A stretch of DNA of 63,649 bases, filler included, from Octopus bimaculoides (GCF_001194135.2; 4 parts of 4 records of this genome joined end to end with filler, not necessarily neighbours in it); one strand, 5' to 3'. Shown: positions 36,607 through 49,950, counted from the first letter of the whole stretch. Notes: a model not told the origin generated them from the sequence alone. Made by a program: numbers and translations.

Positions 36607-36881
36607 GTGGAATCTAAAGACAGAAACAATTCCTATCATAGTAGGTGCCTTAGGTATAATAAAAAGATATTCAGACAAATACATAACAAAAACACCAGGA
36701 CTTACAAATATATATAACATACAGAAAATTGCACTACTGGGCACAGCACACATCCTACGCAAAACACTTTCAATACAGTAACCACAAGAGCATCACAGCA
36801 AACCACAGCACATACCCAAGGCACACAAAGCTGCGCTCAGTAGTGAAGTGAAAGCACGTTATAAAAATAAAACTACTGAAC

Positions 36882-36930
<49 letters not shown>
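36607..36930 (+). mobile_element. 3' end of an R4/Dong-like (RLE) non-LTR retrotransposon with (TAA)n run
   Basis: Open frame WNLKTETIPIIVGALGIIKRYSDKYITKTPGLTNIYNIQKIALLGTAHILRKTLSIQ* ending at 36780, a ~100-nt 3' UTR, then (AAT)16 at 36882-36930. Confidence 0.75.
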
Positions 36931-37479
36931 GCAATATCTGCAACTGTAATTGTTGGGTAGGATCCCAATGCCTGTTATTGGGTCGGTGTTTGGCTCAAAA
37001 TGTTATATACAAATGTACAATAATGATGGAAACAAATAACTTCATTTACATTGGGTGCTCTGAAGATATGAAGAAGTACCTAAATAACCGTTTTTCACTT
37101 TTATATATCTAAATATAAAGCCAACAGTACCTTATTATCTATGAAAATCTGAAACTTAAGGATAGCAATAGTGAATTTAGCCTAAAATGGGATATAGTCT
37201 GTAGAGCTTAGCCATACAAAGATAGCTGAAATGGATGTGAACTATGTTGTATGGAAATTTATGAAATTTTTAAATATAGAGATAAGCAAAACCTAATTAA
37301 TAGTAAATTAGACCTTAGAGTATCTTGTGTACATAGGATTATCAGTATCTTCAAATATTTTAGAAGATAATTATACATATCATAGGTAGGGGGCTCGGAA
37401 AGGGGTCTCAGAGAGTACTGTTCCTACGTTCCTGAGCTAGTTTTCTGTCACATTTCTTAAAAATCATTGTAGAGGCCTT

Positions 37480-40400
37480 GGTCTCAGGACCACTCATGTT
37501 TAGAAACTGAGGTTGGGGGTAAGCAAGGGCATGCTCCCCATAGAAAATCCAGCTCCAAGAAAGCCTCATGATAACAAAGGAGAATGGGCACCAGCCAGCC
37601 CAAAAGTTGGGGTGGGTTGTACCTGCCTACCTCAAAAAGGAAGGTGCAAACCCTCATCCTGGGTTGCGCAAGCATGATTTACCTTATGATGGCATACCTT
37701 ATGACTTACCTTATGATGGCTGAAGAGAAGCTTGGGGTGAGGTTGGGAAGTTGGAATGTGGGCAGTCTGCATGGAAGGGAACTGAGGTATGTGAGGAATT
37801 GAGAAAGAGGAGGTGGTTGTGTGCTGTGTGCAGGAGGCTAGGTGGAGGGGCCAGGCTGCAAGATTTGTGTGTGTCAAGAGAAGAAGGTACAAGTTGTGGC
37901 GGTTGGGAAATAGCAAGAGGACTAGAGACATGGGAGTTTTGGTGAAGGAAGAAATCTGTGAGAAGGTAGTGGAGGTCAGAAGAAAGAATGACAGAGTGAT
38001 GACAGTAGTGTTAGCATTTGAAGAAGTTGTGAGGGTGATCTGTGGGTATGGTCTGCAAAGTGGAAGAGAGATCACTAAGAAAGAGCAGTTCTTTGAGGAA
38101 ATGGTGAATAAGGTGGATGAATTGGTTTTGGGCATGGGTGATTTTAATGGACATGTTGGGAAATGGATCTAGGGCTTTAAGGGTGTGCATGGGGAAACAG
38201 AATCGGGGAGAGAAATATGGAAGGAAGGATACTGTTGGAGTTTTGTGATGTAAAAGAGTGGTGTGTGGAAAGCATGTGGTTTAGGAAAACAGAGAAAAGG
38301 AAGGTGACTTTCAGTGCAGGAGGGAATGAGACAGAGATTAACTTCATGTTGGTTGGCAGAAGAAATAGGAAGTATCTGAGAGATGTGAAGACAATACCAG
38401 GGGAGTTGCAGCACAGGTTGGTGGTTGCAGATTTGGATAAGAAGAAAGTCAAAAAGTGTATGAGAAAGGGAACGGTTGAGAGCAGAAAGGTATGGAAACT
38501 AAAGGAAGAAGAAACAAGAGCAAGGTTTGAGGAGTTGGTAAGCATTGATGCAATGGATTTGTGGAATTCTTTTAAAAAAGGAGTACTAAAGGTATGTGAC
38601 GAAGTGTGTGGAAGGATGAAAGATAGGAGAGATCAAGGAGATATGTGGTAGTGGAATGAGGAGGTGAGGGATGTGACAGCAAGAAAGATGGAGGTACATA
38701 AAGCTTTATGTAATAATAGGACTGAGCAAATGAAAGCCAGGTATAATAACATGTGGATCATGCAAAGTGGGTGGTTGTGAGATCTATGAAGAAGGAGGCT
38801 GAGGAGAAGTTGAGTGGGCTGGATGCGAATCCAGATAAAGTGTTTAGAGTTATTAAATCAATGAAAAAGATGGAAGTGATGTTGAGGGAGGAAGATGCAT
38901 AAGGGGGAGTGATGGAAGGTTGAATTTTAGTGAGAAGGACAGGGGAAGAGTTTGGAAGAAGCACATGGAGGGAATTATAAACAAGGAGAATGAATGGGAT
39001 CAGAGGGTGGAAGTTGCTGTAGTGGAGGGGCCAGTGGAGAGGGTTAGTCGGGAAGGCAATGAAGGAAATGAAAATGGGAAAGGCAACTGGTCCATCAGAA
39101 GTATGAGTGGAAATGATAACTGCAAGTGGAGAGATAGGGATTGTTGTGATTATTGAGCTCAGCCAGGGTGTGCTGGATGGAAGAGGAATGCCAGATGATT
39201 GGGCACTGCGTGTGGTGGTACCGATTTTCAAGGGGAGGGGGGATGTGATGAGCTGTGGGACGTATAGGAAAGTGAAGTTATTGGAACATACAATGAAGAT
39301 AGTAGAAAGGGTGTTGGAGAGGAGAATTTGGAAAGGGGTGGATGTGAACGAGATGAAATTTGGTTTTATGCCAGGTAGGGGACAATAGATGCAGCGTTCA
39401 TTGTAAGGAGATTGCAACAGGAATGCTGAGATAAGGAGGAGTTGTACATGTGCTTCGTTGATCTGGAGAAGGCATTTGATAGGTTCCAAGGAAAGTGATT
39501 GAGGAAGAGAGGTGTAATATAGGTAATAGTAAGGGCAGTGATGAGTTTGTATGAGAGGGTAAAGACAAGAGTTAGAATTGGATCAGAGCTGTCGGAGGAG
39601 TTTGCAGTGTAAGTTGGTGTGCATCAGGGATCTGTGTTGTCACCATTCTTGTTTGCAATAGTGGATGATATAGTGATGGAGAGTGCAAGAGAGGCATTGA
39701 TAATGAAGATACTGTATGTGGATGAACTTGTTCTGATGAGTGAGACGATGGAGGAATTGAGGGAGGAGCTTTGGAAATGGAAGGAGGTGTTTGAAAGCAA
39801 GGGTTTGAAGATAAACCTTGGCAAGACAAAGGTAATGGTGAGCATGGTGGAAGGGGAAGTGTTAGTGAGTAAGGTGGATCCATGTAGTGTATGTGGGAGA
39901 AGAGTAATGGCAAATGCAGTGTTGTGTACGAGATGTGAGAAATGGATTCATGGAAGATGTACAAAATTGAAGAAGGTGACCCCAAGACTGGCGAGAGAGT
40001 TTGTTTGTGGAAGATGTGAGAAAAGAGCTGGTGGGCTGGCGGAACCAGTGGAAATGCTATGTGACAAGGTGGAAACAGTGAGAGGGTTTTGTTATTTGGG
40101 AGATAGGGTGGATGTAAATGGTGGATGTGAAGCAACTGTGACAGCAAGAGCGAGACTTGGCTGGGTGAAGTTCAGGGACTGTGGAGTGTTGTTATATGGG
40201 AAAAGGTTTTCATTAAATATGAAAGGAAGAGTATTTAAGAGTTGTGTGAGAGCTGCAATGCTGTATGGGAGTGAGACATGGTGTCTGAGGGAGAGAGAGA
40301 TGGTAATTTTAAGAAGGACTGAGAGAGCAATGGGGAGAGAAATGTGTAGGGTGAAGCTGTTTGATAAGAGGAGGACTGAGGATTTGATGGGAATGTTAGG

Positions 40401-40716
40401 GTTGGAGGAATCAGTGGAATGGTTGGCAAGGGTGAATGGAGTGAGGTGATATAGGCATGTGTTGAGGAGGGGTGAAGAGCATGTTCTAAGGAGGGTGATT
40501 TTGTTTGAGGTAAATGGAGTGCAAAAGTGAGGTAGACCAAGGAAAAGGTGGTGGGGACAGGAAGGGGAGGAGATTGGGAGTATTGGTTTGAAAAAAGAGA
40601 ATGCCCAAAACCGGGCAAGATGGTGAGATTGTGTGAAGGTGATTGATATGGCATTAAAGTAGATCCAGTCACCCCCATTAAGACACTGATTTAAGACACT
40701 GGATGATGATGACGAT
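37480..40716 (+). mobile_element. Near-full-length, pseudogenised RTE-clade LINE (APE + RT + PHD-like finger)
   Basis: APE motifs GSWNVGSL, CCVQEARW, GDFNGHVG, EINFMLV; RT motifs FGFMPGRG, FVDLEKAFD, HQGSVLSPFLF, LYVDELVL, GLKINLGKTKVM; (GAT)n tail near 40702; multiple stops and frameshifts. Confidence 0.95.
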
Positions 40717-41108
40717 ACTATGATTTGGTGGCAGAAATTATCCGAGGTGTCACATTATTCATAAAATACTCTCTATTGTCTAGAACTATACATAGTATTG
40801 CTCTCTAATAACCCCTACCATTTTAATCTGCATTCTTTCAATATTTATATTACATAAATTCCCTTTCGTACTAGGATTTTCTTCCCTTATAGTTATAATA
40901 TGTAAATTTCCAACAGATTACTAGATCTTGCACCTCCCCTAAGAATATCTATATACCCTCCTTTATACTGGTGTAACTTATACAGATTGTAGAGGGGTTT
41001 ATAATTTCTCTTTGTAAAACTTACTGTACAATATAATAGAATATGATATTTATATTTATAATTGCACTATATGTTTCATAAACTTTGTAAAAGTTTTTTT
41101 ATATATAT

Positions 41109-41490
41109 AGCAGGAGTGGCTGTGCGGTAAGTAACTTGCTTATGAACCACATGGTTCCGGGTTCAGTCCCATTGCGTGGCACCTTGGGCAAGTGTCTTCT
41201 ATTATAGCCTTGGGCCAACCAAAGCCTTGTGAGTGGACTTGGTAAGACAGAAATTTAAAGAAGCCCGTCATATACATACATTTGTGTGTGTGTGTTTGTC
41301 CCCCCGCCTCCATCGCTTGACAACCAATATTAGTATGCTTACGTCCCTGTAACTTAGTAGTTTGGCAAAAACGACCAATAGAATAATTACTAGATTCACA
41401 AAGAATAAGTCCTTGGGGTTGATTTGTTTGACTAAAGGCAGTGCTCCAGCATGGCCACAGTCAAATGACTGAAACAAATAAAAGAAAATA
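41109..41490 (+). mobile_element. SINE family B with heavy CpG decay
   Basis: Full-length; most consensus CpGs read TG or CA. Confidence 0.9.
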
Positions 41491-41915
41491 TGTCGTTTGA
41501 TGAGAATTTTTGTGCAAAAGTTGGTTTAATTGCTCTTCATCGAACTCAACTGGACGGCCAGAACAAGGTGCGTCTTTGAGGTCAAAATTTCCATTTTTGA
41601 ACTTGGCATACCAATCACAAGTGGTTCTTTCAGCTATGGCACCCTCTCCATACACAGCACAAATGATGCGAGCAGCTTTTGCGGCCTTAGAATCTTGATT
41701 AAAAGCAAAAAGAAGGAGGTGTCAAAAATGCTCGTTTTTTTTAACTTGACATTCCATTTCAACTATCTGAAAATAAACAAAAATTAACTAAAATTAACTA
41801 GAAAAAAACAAAATGATTCAAAAATAGAATTTTCGAAAAAAATAGATTCCAAAATTTGAAAACGCAATAAATTCCAAAATTTTTTTAAATGGTGGGAACT
41901 TAGTTGCCAACCCAA
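41490..41915 (-). mobile_element. mariner transposon 5' fragment (TIR + Mos1-type HTH)
   Basis: TA|TTGGGTTGGCAACTAAGTTCCC terminus; EHFRHLLLFAFNQDSKAAKAARIICAVYGEGAIAERTTCDWYAKFKNGNFDLKDAPCSGRP. Confidence 0.9.
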
Positions 41916-43111
41916 TAGTTACATGCCCATGTTGGTTTAGCATTTACTTCCGCTTGTACTCTATTGTACGCTTAGCACACCTCTAATTTAATTACTCCTT
42001 ACAGTCGATTCTATATTTTAGATATCTTATACTTATCCACCTGTAATAAGGATAATTATTCTGGTTTTGATTTAATATAAACTACGTACTCCTACTCAGA
42101 TGATAATTTAATTTACTTATAAATTAATGGTGGAATAGTTTTATCATGATCACCATAGCAATATGCTTAGGAAAGGCCTTATGAACTTTCTCTTAAAGTA
42201 CCCCATATTAAAGTACCCCATTTTTAAGGTTTAAGTTTAATTATCTATTCTTTTTCCTTTATACTGTTCTAAAATACTTTACTAAATTTTCAATATAATA
42301 AATTGGCTAAGTTATGATACACCTCCTAACCCTCGGTTCTAATTCCTACCCTTAGAACTTATCTTGATCTCTTTTGTTTTCTACTTTATTCTCCTTTTAT
42401 TTGATAATCTAAATATGTACTAGCCACCCTGTCATTCCTCCTTCTAGTTATCACCTCTTCTCCATCAGTCATTCTATTACTAGCAGTTCTGAAACATATC
42501 CTTTTATGTACATAAAGCTAGATATATGTTCCCAGTAAAATAAGGGTCGGGGAGAGTATCTGACATTAATTAATTTATCACCATCAACTGGAAACTAATT
42601 GTCAACTCTCAATGGATTTAATTATAAAGGGTTGTAGACTGCATAAAATCTTACAAATAAAATAAAGATAAACATAAATTAACCATTTCACCATTCCTTT
42701 TTCTTGACCCTCACTATTTTCCTCTGCTACTCTCTAAATTATAATAGGCTTTAGATATACATTTTTCTCTAAATTCATTCTGCCACAAACATAGAAAAAG
42801 GAAACAATGTAACTATTTTGGTTTCTAGTTCTGATGTAAATTGTGCAAAAACAAAAAAAAAACAAAAAAGTTTATCCTTTATATTGGAAATCTATATAGT
42901 TGTCTGCTTCTGAGGAGAGCGGTTTCTTTCAAAGTGATGTAATGTTTTCATTGATCGATTAAATGGAGCTGCTTGAAACGGCCATAATGCATTAATACCT
43001 GGACATACTTGTTGCTTATTTGCTTTTTATTCATCTAACTTTGAATTGCACAGACTATACTGAACTAGTTTGGTGCCTCAGTTTAAGTACCTAATTCAAC
43101 TGAATCTTTAT

Positions 43112-43185
<74 letters not shown>

Positions 43186-43190
43186 ATACA

Positions 43191-45164
43191 CTAGCAGATA
43201 TACCCAGTGTTGCCTGGGTTAAAGAGAATGATGAAATTTTAAAACGCCATCTAGATTAGGCAGGTCTCAACAGCTAGTAGCTGAGATACCAACTTTCTAC
43301 ATTAATAACTCTCCAACCCATGCCAGTATAGAACATAGACGTTAAGTGAAATGTTAAAAGAAAGTTTTCAACTTAATATGTATATAAAGTAAACACACAT
43401 AATTCAAAGATACGTTTTGTGTAGCTTATTTTGTAACCAAAAAACAGGTACAGATTACAAACAATGAAAAGCCAATTTTAGTGATTCATTTGACAGAGGT
43501 AGTAGGCAGTTAGATGAGATAGTGATAATCCGATGATAAATCTAACCTTGGATCTTGAAGGTTTGCTTAAATACTGGTTCAGTTAAATCTCTTGTAGCTC
43601 CAAATGATGTCATCTATAGTGCAGCATTGTATTGCCTAATTTTGTTTTGGAAGTGTTTGGAATCTTTGTCAGTTAATGACAACAGTTTCTGCAATGGCTC
43701 TGGGGGTTGGAGGATTGCAGAGAGTTTAACCTTTCCACCACTGCAACACAGTGCAGGTGTCTCTCCAGGCCACTTCCTTGCTTTACAATGTATTCACACA
43801 GTTGTCATTGCACCAATAGAAACTCTAGTGTCATCTGCATAATGAACTGCTAGATCATAATTGAAAGCTGCTTCTCTGAGCTGTTGCAACTACTCTTCGT
43901 TCTGCAGTGAAGATCCTATTCCTTGTCAGTCATGCATACCTCTGTTCATCACTTTGAGATGCTCTGGCTTTTGTAGTGCACTGTCTGTACGTTTCTTGGT
44001 ATGCTTCCCTTTCTGCAGCTGTTTCTCTTTCTCTGGACAGAGACATTCTTTTGGTAGACCTTAACATTGTAGAGAAATTTGACACTTTCCTTCTAGGCAT
44101 GGTTATATACATATACAGAAATACACAGGCGCAGAAGATAGTAAACAATGAAAATAACTGGGTAATAGAAATTATATTTTTAATACAATGGGCAAAAAGT
44201 AAATAAGAATTTTTTACGGAAAATAAAGAATTGTACAGGTTGAAGTGATACTTGTCACTTGGTGAACCAAAGAGCCAGTATCAAAGGAACCAGAAAAAGC
44301 CATTAACAACACAAAAACACAAAACTGTTGCAAAAGTAAATAAGAAATTTTTAGGGAAATTAACTAAGTATACGGATTTAAGTGAAATTTTTGAAGTTAC
44401 TTCTGTCAGTAAATTATGAACTTACTTTTATCAATAATTCCGTCAACAACAAAAAACACAAAACGTTGCAAAAGTAAATAAGAAATTTGTAGGCAAATTT
44501 AACGAAGTGTACGGATTGAAGTGAAATTTATGAAGTTACTTGTGTCAGGTAAATTATGTACGAAATTACTTTCATCAGTAACTGTGAACTTCTTTCTGTC
44601 AGTAATTTGTCATTGTTGTTTGTAAGCAGCAATTGAAAACTTACAGTGAAAACAATAGTGATTGAACTTAAAGAGAAAACAATAGCATCTAACAAATGAA
44701 AGTGAAAACAATAGAGAGTAAGATGAGGGAGAGAGAGAGCCAGCTAGTTAGACAAATAAGATAGATACAGAGAGATATAGAGATAGAGATAGAGATGGAT
44801 AGAGAGATATAGAGATGGATAGAGAGATATAGATAGTTAGAGATACACATGAAAAGCAAGTACACATACGTCTCTATTTTATACATTGGATGAGATTGTG
44901 ATAATTTTTTACCAATGGATGTAGGGGAGACAATCAATTTCTGAAAGTTACTTCGCAAAGAGTTACCTCCCTTCTCCGTGTAACCTAGGAACGGATATTT
45001 TCTGTCCCCAGGGTACCCATTACTCATTATGTAAAAAAATCTTTAGAGTCTAAAACCATCTCTAGAACATAAGTAATATATGTTTCCAGTTTGAAGAAAA
45101 TCAGTTGAAGAATATGGCTATTGTAATCTTTTACACATACACACAGTACGAGATTTATATTATG

Positions 45165-45165
<1 letters not shown>
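43191..45165 (-). mobile_element. Internally deleted Helitron retaining the 3' terminus, probable 5' end and a Rep/Hel N-terminal stub
   Basis: 3' hairpin acccag-gcaaca-ctgggt followed by CTAG|T at 43191. Decayed AAFNYD..SIGAMT..HCKARKWPGETPALCCSGGKV..HFQNKIRQYNAAL.MTSFGA..FKIQG.IYHRI at 43520-43880. The 5' boundary is blurred by a microsatellite. Confidence 0.85.
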
Positions 45166-45200
<35 letters not shown>

Positions 45201-46993
45201 TGAATGTATGTATGTATGTATGTATGTATGTATGTATGTATGCATGTTTATGTGTATATATATATCATCAATTTATACATTTTGTATAATTTATCCATTA
45301 TATATATATATATATAATTATATGTATTTATTTTCTCCTAATTCGGATAAAATAAATGGGTTAACAACAAATACATAAAAAATATATATGTGTGTATGAT
45401 TGTACGTGTATAAGTGTTAATATATNNNNNNNNNNNNNNNNNNNNNNNNNNNNNNNNNNNNNNNNNNNNNNNNNNNNNNNNNNNNNNNNNNNNNNNNNNN
45501 NNNNNNNNNNNNNNNNNNNNNNNNNNNNNNNNNNNNNNNNNNNNNNNNNNNNNNNNNNNNNNNNNNNNNNNNNNNNNNNNNNNNNNNNNNNNNNNNNNNN
45601 NNNNNNNNNNNNNNNNNNNNNNNNNNNNNNNNNNNNNNNNNNNNNNNNNATATATATATATATATACATATGTATATATGTATGTGTATATATTGATATA
45701 TGGATATACATGTGTGTGTGTATGTATATATATGTGAGTGTGGGTTTTTACGTAGGTGTGTATATAAATATGCATATATGAATTTATTGGAGTATATGTG
45801 GGTTTGTTTCTATATATATATGCGCATACACATGAGTATAAATAATTATATACATTCATCTCAATATTTTCATAGATACACAGGATTAACCCCATTTATA
45901 ATGCCTTTTTATTACATAACATTCCTCTCCCAAATTTTTTTATTGGATTTATATCATCCTATCTACTCCCAACTCTACACTCTGAATTCTCCTTCTCTTT
46001 TTCTCTTTTTTTTTTTTTTCTCTTCCTTTCTTGTCCAACGTACTATCTGGTAGCATCCTAATCTCCAACGGTTTTTTCAAATGAATTACGTTATAACCTT
46101 ATCCAACTATAGTTCTCATACTCGGTTATAATGTCTTACGTTTAAGCTGGTTCCCATACATTTCCCTGAGGAGAAGTTTACATTTTTAACATCGCCGATT
46201 CCTATGGATTGCATAAATTGTAATTCTNNNNNNNNNNNNNNNNNNNNNNNNNNNNNNNNNNNNNNNNNNNNNNNNNNNNNNNNNNNNNNNNNNNNNNNNN
46301 NNNNNNNNNNNNNNNNNNNNNNNNNNNNNNNNNNNNNNNNNNNNNNNNNNNNNNNNNNNNNNNNNNNNNNNNNNNNNNNNNNNNNNNNNNNNNNNNNNNN
46401 NNNNNNNNNNNNNNNNNNNNNNNNNNNNNNNNNNNNNNNNNNNNNNNNNNNNNNNNNNNNNNNNNNNNNNNNNNNNNNNNNNNNNNNNNNNNNNNNNNNN
46501 NNNNNNNNNNNNNNNNNNNNNNNNNNNNNNNNNNNNNNNNNNNNNNNNNNNNNNNNNNNNNNNNNNNNNNNNNNNNNNNNNNNNNNNNNNNNNNNNNNNN
46601 NNNNNNNNNNNNNNNNNNNNNNNNNNAATACATATCATAAAATATTATAACATATTATAAAATATAGGATACTCCATCTCCTCAGGGTCCCATTATTATT
46701 GCTATTATTATTATCATTATTATTAGCAATACACAGCCAATAAAAACAGAAACCATTCAAATCCAATTTTCATAGTTGACCCATGAAAATATACAAAACA
46801 GGATGAAAAAGTAATAGATGGCACACAACTTTCCATCCCAAATGTGCAATGAACGAGCAAACGGTAAATTTACTCAAATCTAAACCTAAAAATTTTATAT
46901 TATAAATTTCAGTTACTGTTCAATTTAGAATGCTATATTGTTATTATTATTATTGTTGTTGTAATAAAGTATTTTGAGCTCTATTTAAAGTTG

Positions 46994-47059
<66 letters not shown>

Positions 47060-47127
47060 GAAAATTTAGACAAATACGTATAATTAGATTAGTGTGTTTA
47101 AATGTTGAGTAGAACACCAGCACAGTT

Positions 47128-47460
47128 TAGGACTGGCCGTGTGGTAAGAAGCTTGTTTCTCTACTATGTGGTTCTAGGTTCAGTCCCACTGCATGGCACC
47201 CTGGGCAAATGTTGTCTACTATAGTCTTGGGTCAACCAAAGCCTTGTGAGTGGACTAGGTAAACAGAAACTGAAAGAAGCCCGTTGTATATATGTGCATA
47301 TATGTATAAGTGTGTTTTTGTGTCTGCGTTTGTACCCCACACATCACTTGATAACGGATGTTGATGTGTTTACATCCCCATAACTTAGCAGTTTGGCAAA
47401 GAGACCAATAGAATAAGTACCAGGCTTACAAAGACTGAAACAAGTAAAAGAATAAATGAA
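47128..47460 (+). mobile_element. SINE family B, CpG-decayed, tail deleted
   Basis: Head and first half of the tail present. Confidence 0.85.
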
Positions 47461-48179
47461 TATACATACATACATACATATATATNNNNNNNNNNNNNNN
47501 NNNNNNNNNNNNNNNNNNNNNNNNNNNNNNNNNNNNNNNNNNNNNNNNNNNNNNNNNNNNNNNNNNNNNNNNNNNNNNNNNNNNNNNNNNNNNNNNNNNN
47601 NNNNNNNNNNNNNNNNNNNNNNNNNNNNNNNNNNNNNNNNNNNNNNNNNNNNNNNNNNNNNNNNNNNNNNNNNNTATATACAAGGTATAAACAATTGCTG
47701 CACGACATCGTGAAGTACATTTGCCACCTAAATGTGACTAATCCTTAAGGGTTGGTGATAGGAAGTGGCTCTCAATGCAGATATATATGCTTTTTCTAGT
47801 GACAAAAAGTCACTGATCTTGAAAAAGTGGAAACAAGCAATAATAAATCTCTGAGATGATGTGTTGTGAATTTATGGAAAGAAATCCCATAAAACTCAAC
47901 AATTTTGTTAAAAATCGAGAAGAGATGTTAAAATATATCAGAGAATTTTAATTCATGCAGATGATCATTTCATACAGAAATATAAAAATCATGCAAATTC
48001 ATGGCTGAATTGAATCAATTAAATTAATTATATATCACTATACTCTTCAGTGCAAGAAGTATAAACAAAATTTTTACAAAGAACTTGAGAAAGAAAATAG
48101 CAGAATAGAATCTAGGAGATTCATATTTATCCTTATGAGAAAAAAGATGTGAGTCCAGCTAGGTATTATATATATATCA

Positions 48180-48540
48180 TTATAATCATTGTTTAACGTC
48201 TGTTTTCCATGCTGCCATGGGATGGATGGTTTGACTGAGAATTGGCAAGTGAGGAAGCTGCACCAAGCTCTAATCTGATTTGGTAAGGTTTCTACAACTG
48301 GATGCCCTTCTTAACGCCAACCACTACAAGAGTGTAGTGGGTGCTTTTACATACCACCGGCATGGGTGCCAGTCAGATTGCACTGGCATTAGCCACGCTC
48401 GAATGGTGCTTTTTACATGGCACCAGCATGGGTACCAGTTAGGTAGCACTGTCATCAGTCATGACTATGATTTCACTTACCTCAACAGGTCTTTACAAAC
48501 ATGGCATATTGCCCAACAACTGAAGGGTGCTTTTTATAAA
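48180..48540 (-). mobile_element. Family D RTE-associated non-autonomous repeat
   Basis: Minus strand ends catggaaaacagacgttaaacaatgat; three internal (t/g)taaaaagcacc units; another copy at 57950-58150 (+). Confidence 0.7.
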
Positions 48541-48544
48541 CACT

Positions 48545-49950
48545 GTTAGGGTGTGACATTTCTTCACATAGCTGTCCTCATCCATACACATCACATAAGC
48601 ATACCAACACAGTTGTCTCTCTTACAAACCACAACTGATACTTCATATGCCCAACTTTTCTTTTAAGGCACTTACACTGTTGAATATGCACACTGACATT
48701 ACACATCCAGCGGAGCACACTAGCTTCATTTCTTTCAAGTCTATGCATGTCCTCAGCAGTCACAGCCCATGCTCCATTGTCATGCAGCATGGCTGTTCAC
48801 ACAAAAGCATCATACAGTCTATCTTTTACTCTGAGCGAGAGGCCCTTTGTTACCAGCAGAGGCAGGAGCTCTCTGAACTTTGCCCAAGCTTTTCTTATTC
48901 TAACAGTTACACTCTCAGAACATCCACCCCTGCTACTGACTTGATCATCTAGGTAATGGATGCTATCAACTAGTTCTAGTTTTTTCCCCTGCCATGTAAT
49001 GGAATCTTTTTTCTGTACATCTTTGGTGTTTATAGCCCCTATGCATCTGCCACACACAAAAACAATCTTCCCAGTTAACCTTCCTTTGATATTGCTGCAC
49101 TGCTTATGTGTCCATAGCATACACTGGTTACATCTTATGGAGTTTCTACCTATACCTATTCTACAGATCAAGTAGGGCCAACTACCTGAAGGGATTTGTG
49201 ATTTGTCTGCTTTCCAACTTACTAGGACTGAAGTTTTTGCTAGGTTAACTCTAAGGCCCTTTGATTCTAGACCTTGCTTCCACACCTGAAACTTCTTCTC
49301 TACTTCTGATAGTGACACAGCTATAAGAGCAAGATCATCAGCATAGAGGAGCTCCCACGGGCAGCCTGTTATTACCTAGAAGACTATGATAAACAAGAGG
49401 GGGATGAGGACTGATCCTTGGTGAATCCCAACTTCTACCTGAAATTCTTTGCTATATTCGTTGCCAACCTTCAACTTATTGACAGCATCCCTGTACATGG
49501 CTTATACAGCTCTCACCGACTACTCATCTATCCCTAGTTTTCACATTGACCACCAGATTAGGGATCGGGGGACCCTGCGAAAGGCTTTCTCCATGTCAAC
49601 AAAAACCAAGTGCAGAGATTTATCTTTGGCTAAGAATTTCTCCTGCAGCTGTCTTACAAGAAATATAGCATCAGTGGTGCTTTTCCCTGGCACGAACCCA
49701 AACTGCATCTCATCTAAACTGACTCTCTCCCTAATTAGTTGGGCTATGACCTTCTCCGTGACTTTCATTACCTGATCCAACAACTTGATACCTCTGTAAT
49801 TATTTGTATCTAAAGCATCACCTTTACCTTTGTAGCAGTTGACTATGGTACTGCTACACCAGTCATTAGGTATGACTCCTTCGTGTATCACCTGGTTAAC
49901 TATACAGGTGACTAGGCTATAGCCGACACTACCAAATATTTTGATAAAGC
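48545..49950 (-). mobile_element. Second RTE-clade LINE family, RT fragment with PHD-like finger
   Basis: IPNDWCSSTIVNCYKGKGDALDTNNYRGIKLL, QFGFVPGKSTTDAIF, FVDMEKAF, GFTKDQ/HQGSVL region, LLYADDLAL, GLRVNLAKT. Confidence 0.93.

Noticed and set aside
41920-42780. Strand-skewed AT-rich tracts as NUMT or retroelement (also 40720-41100, 45850-46200, 50040-50560)
   Set aside because: No interpretable reading frame or RNA motif by eye; needs BLAST to assign.
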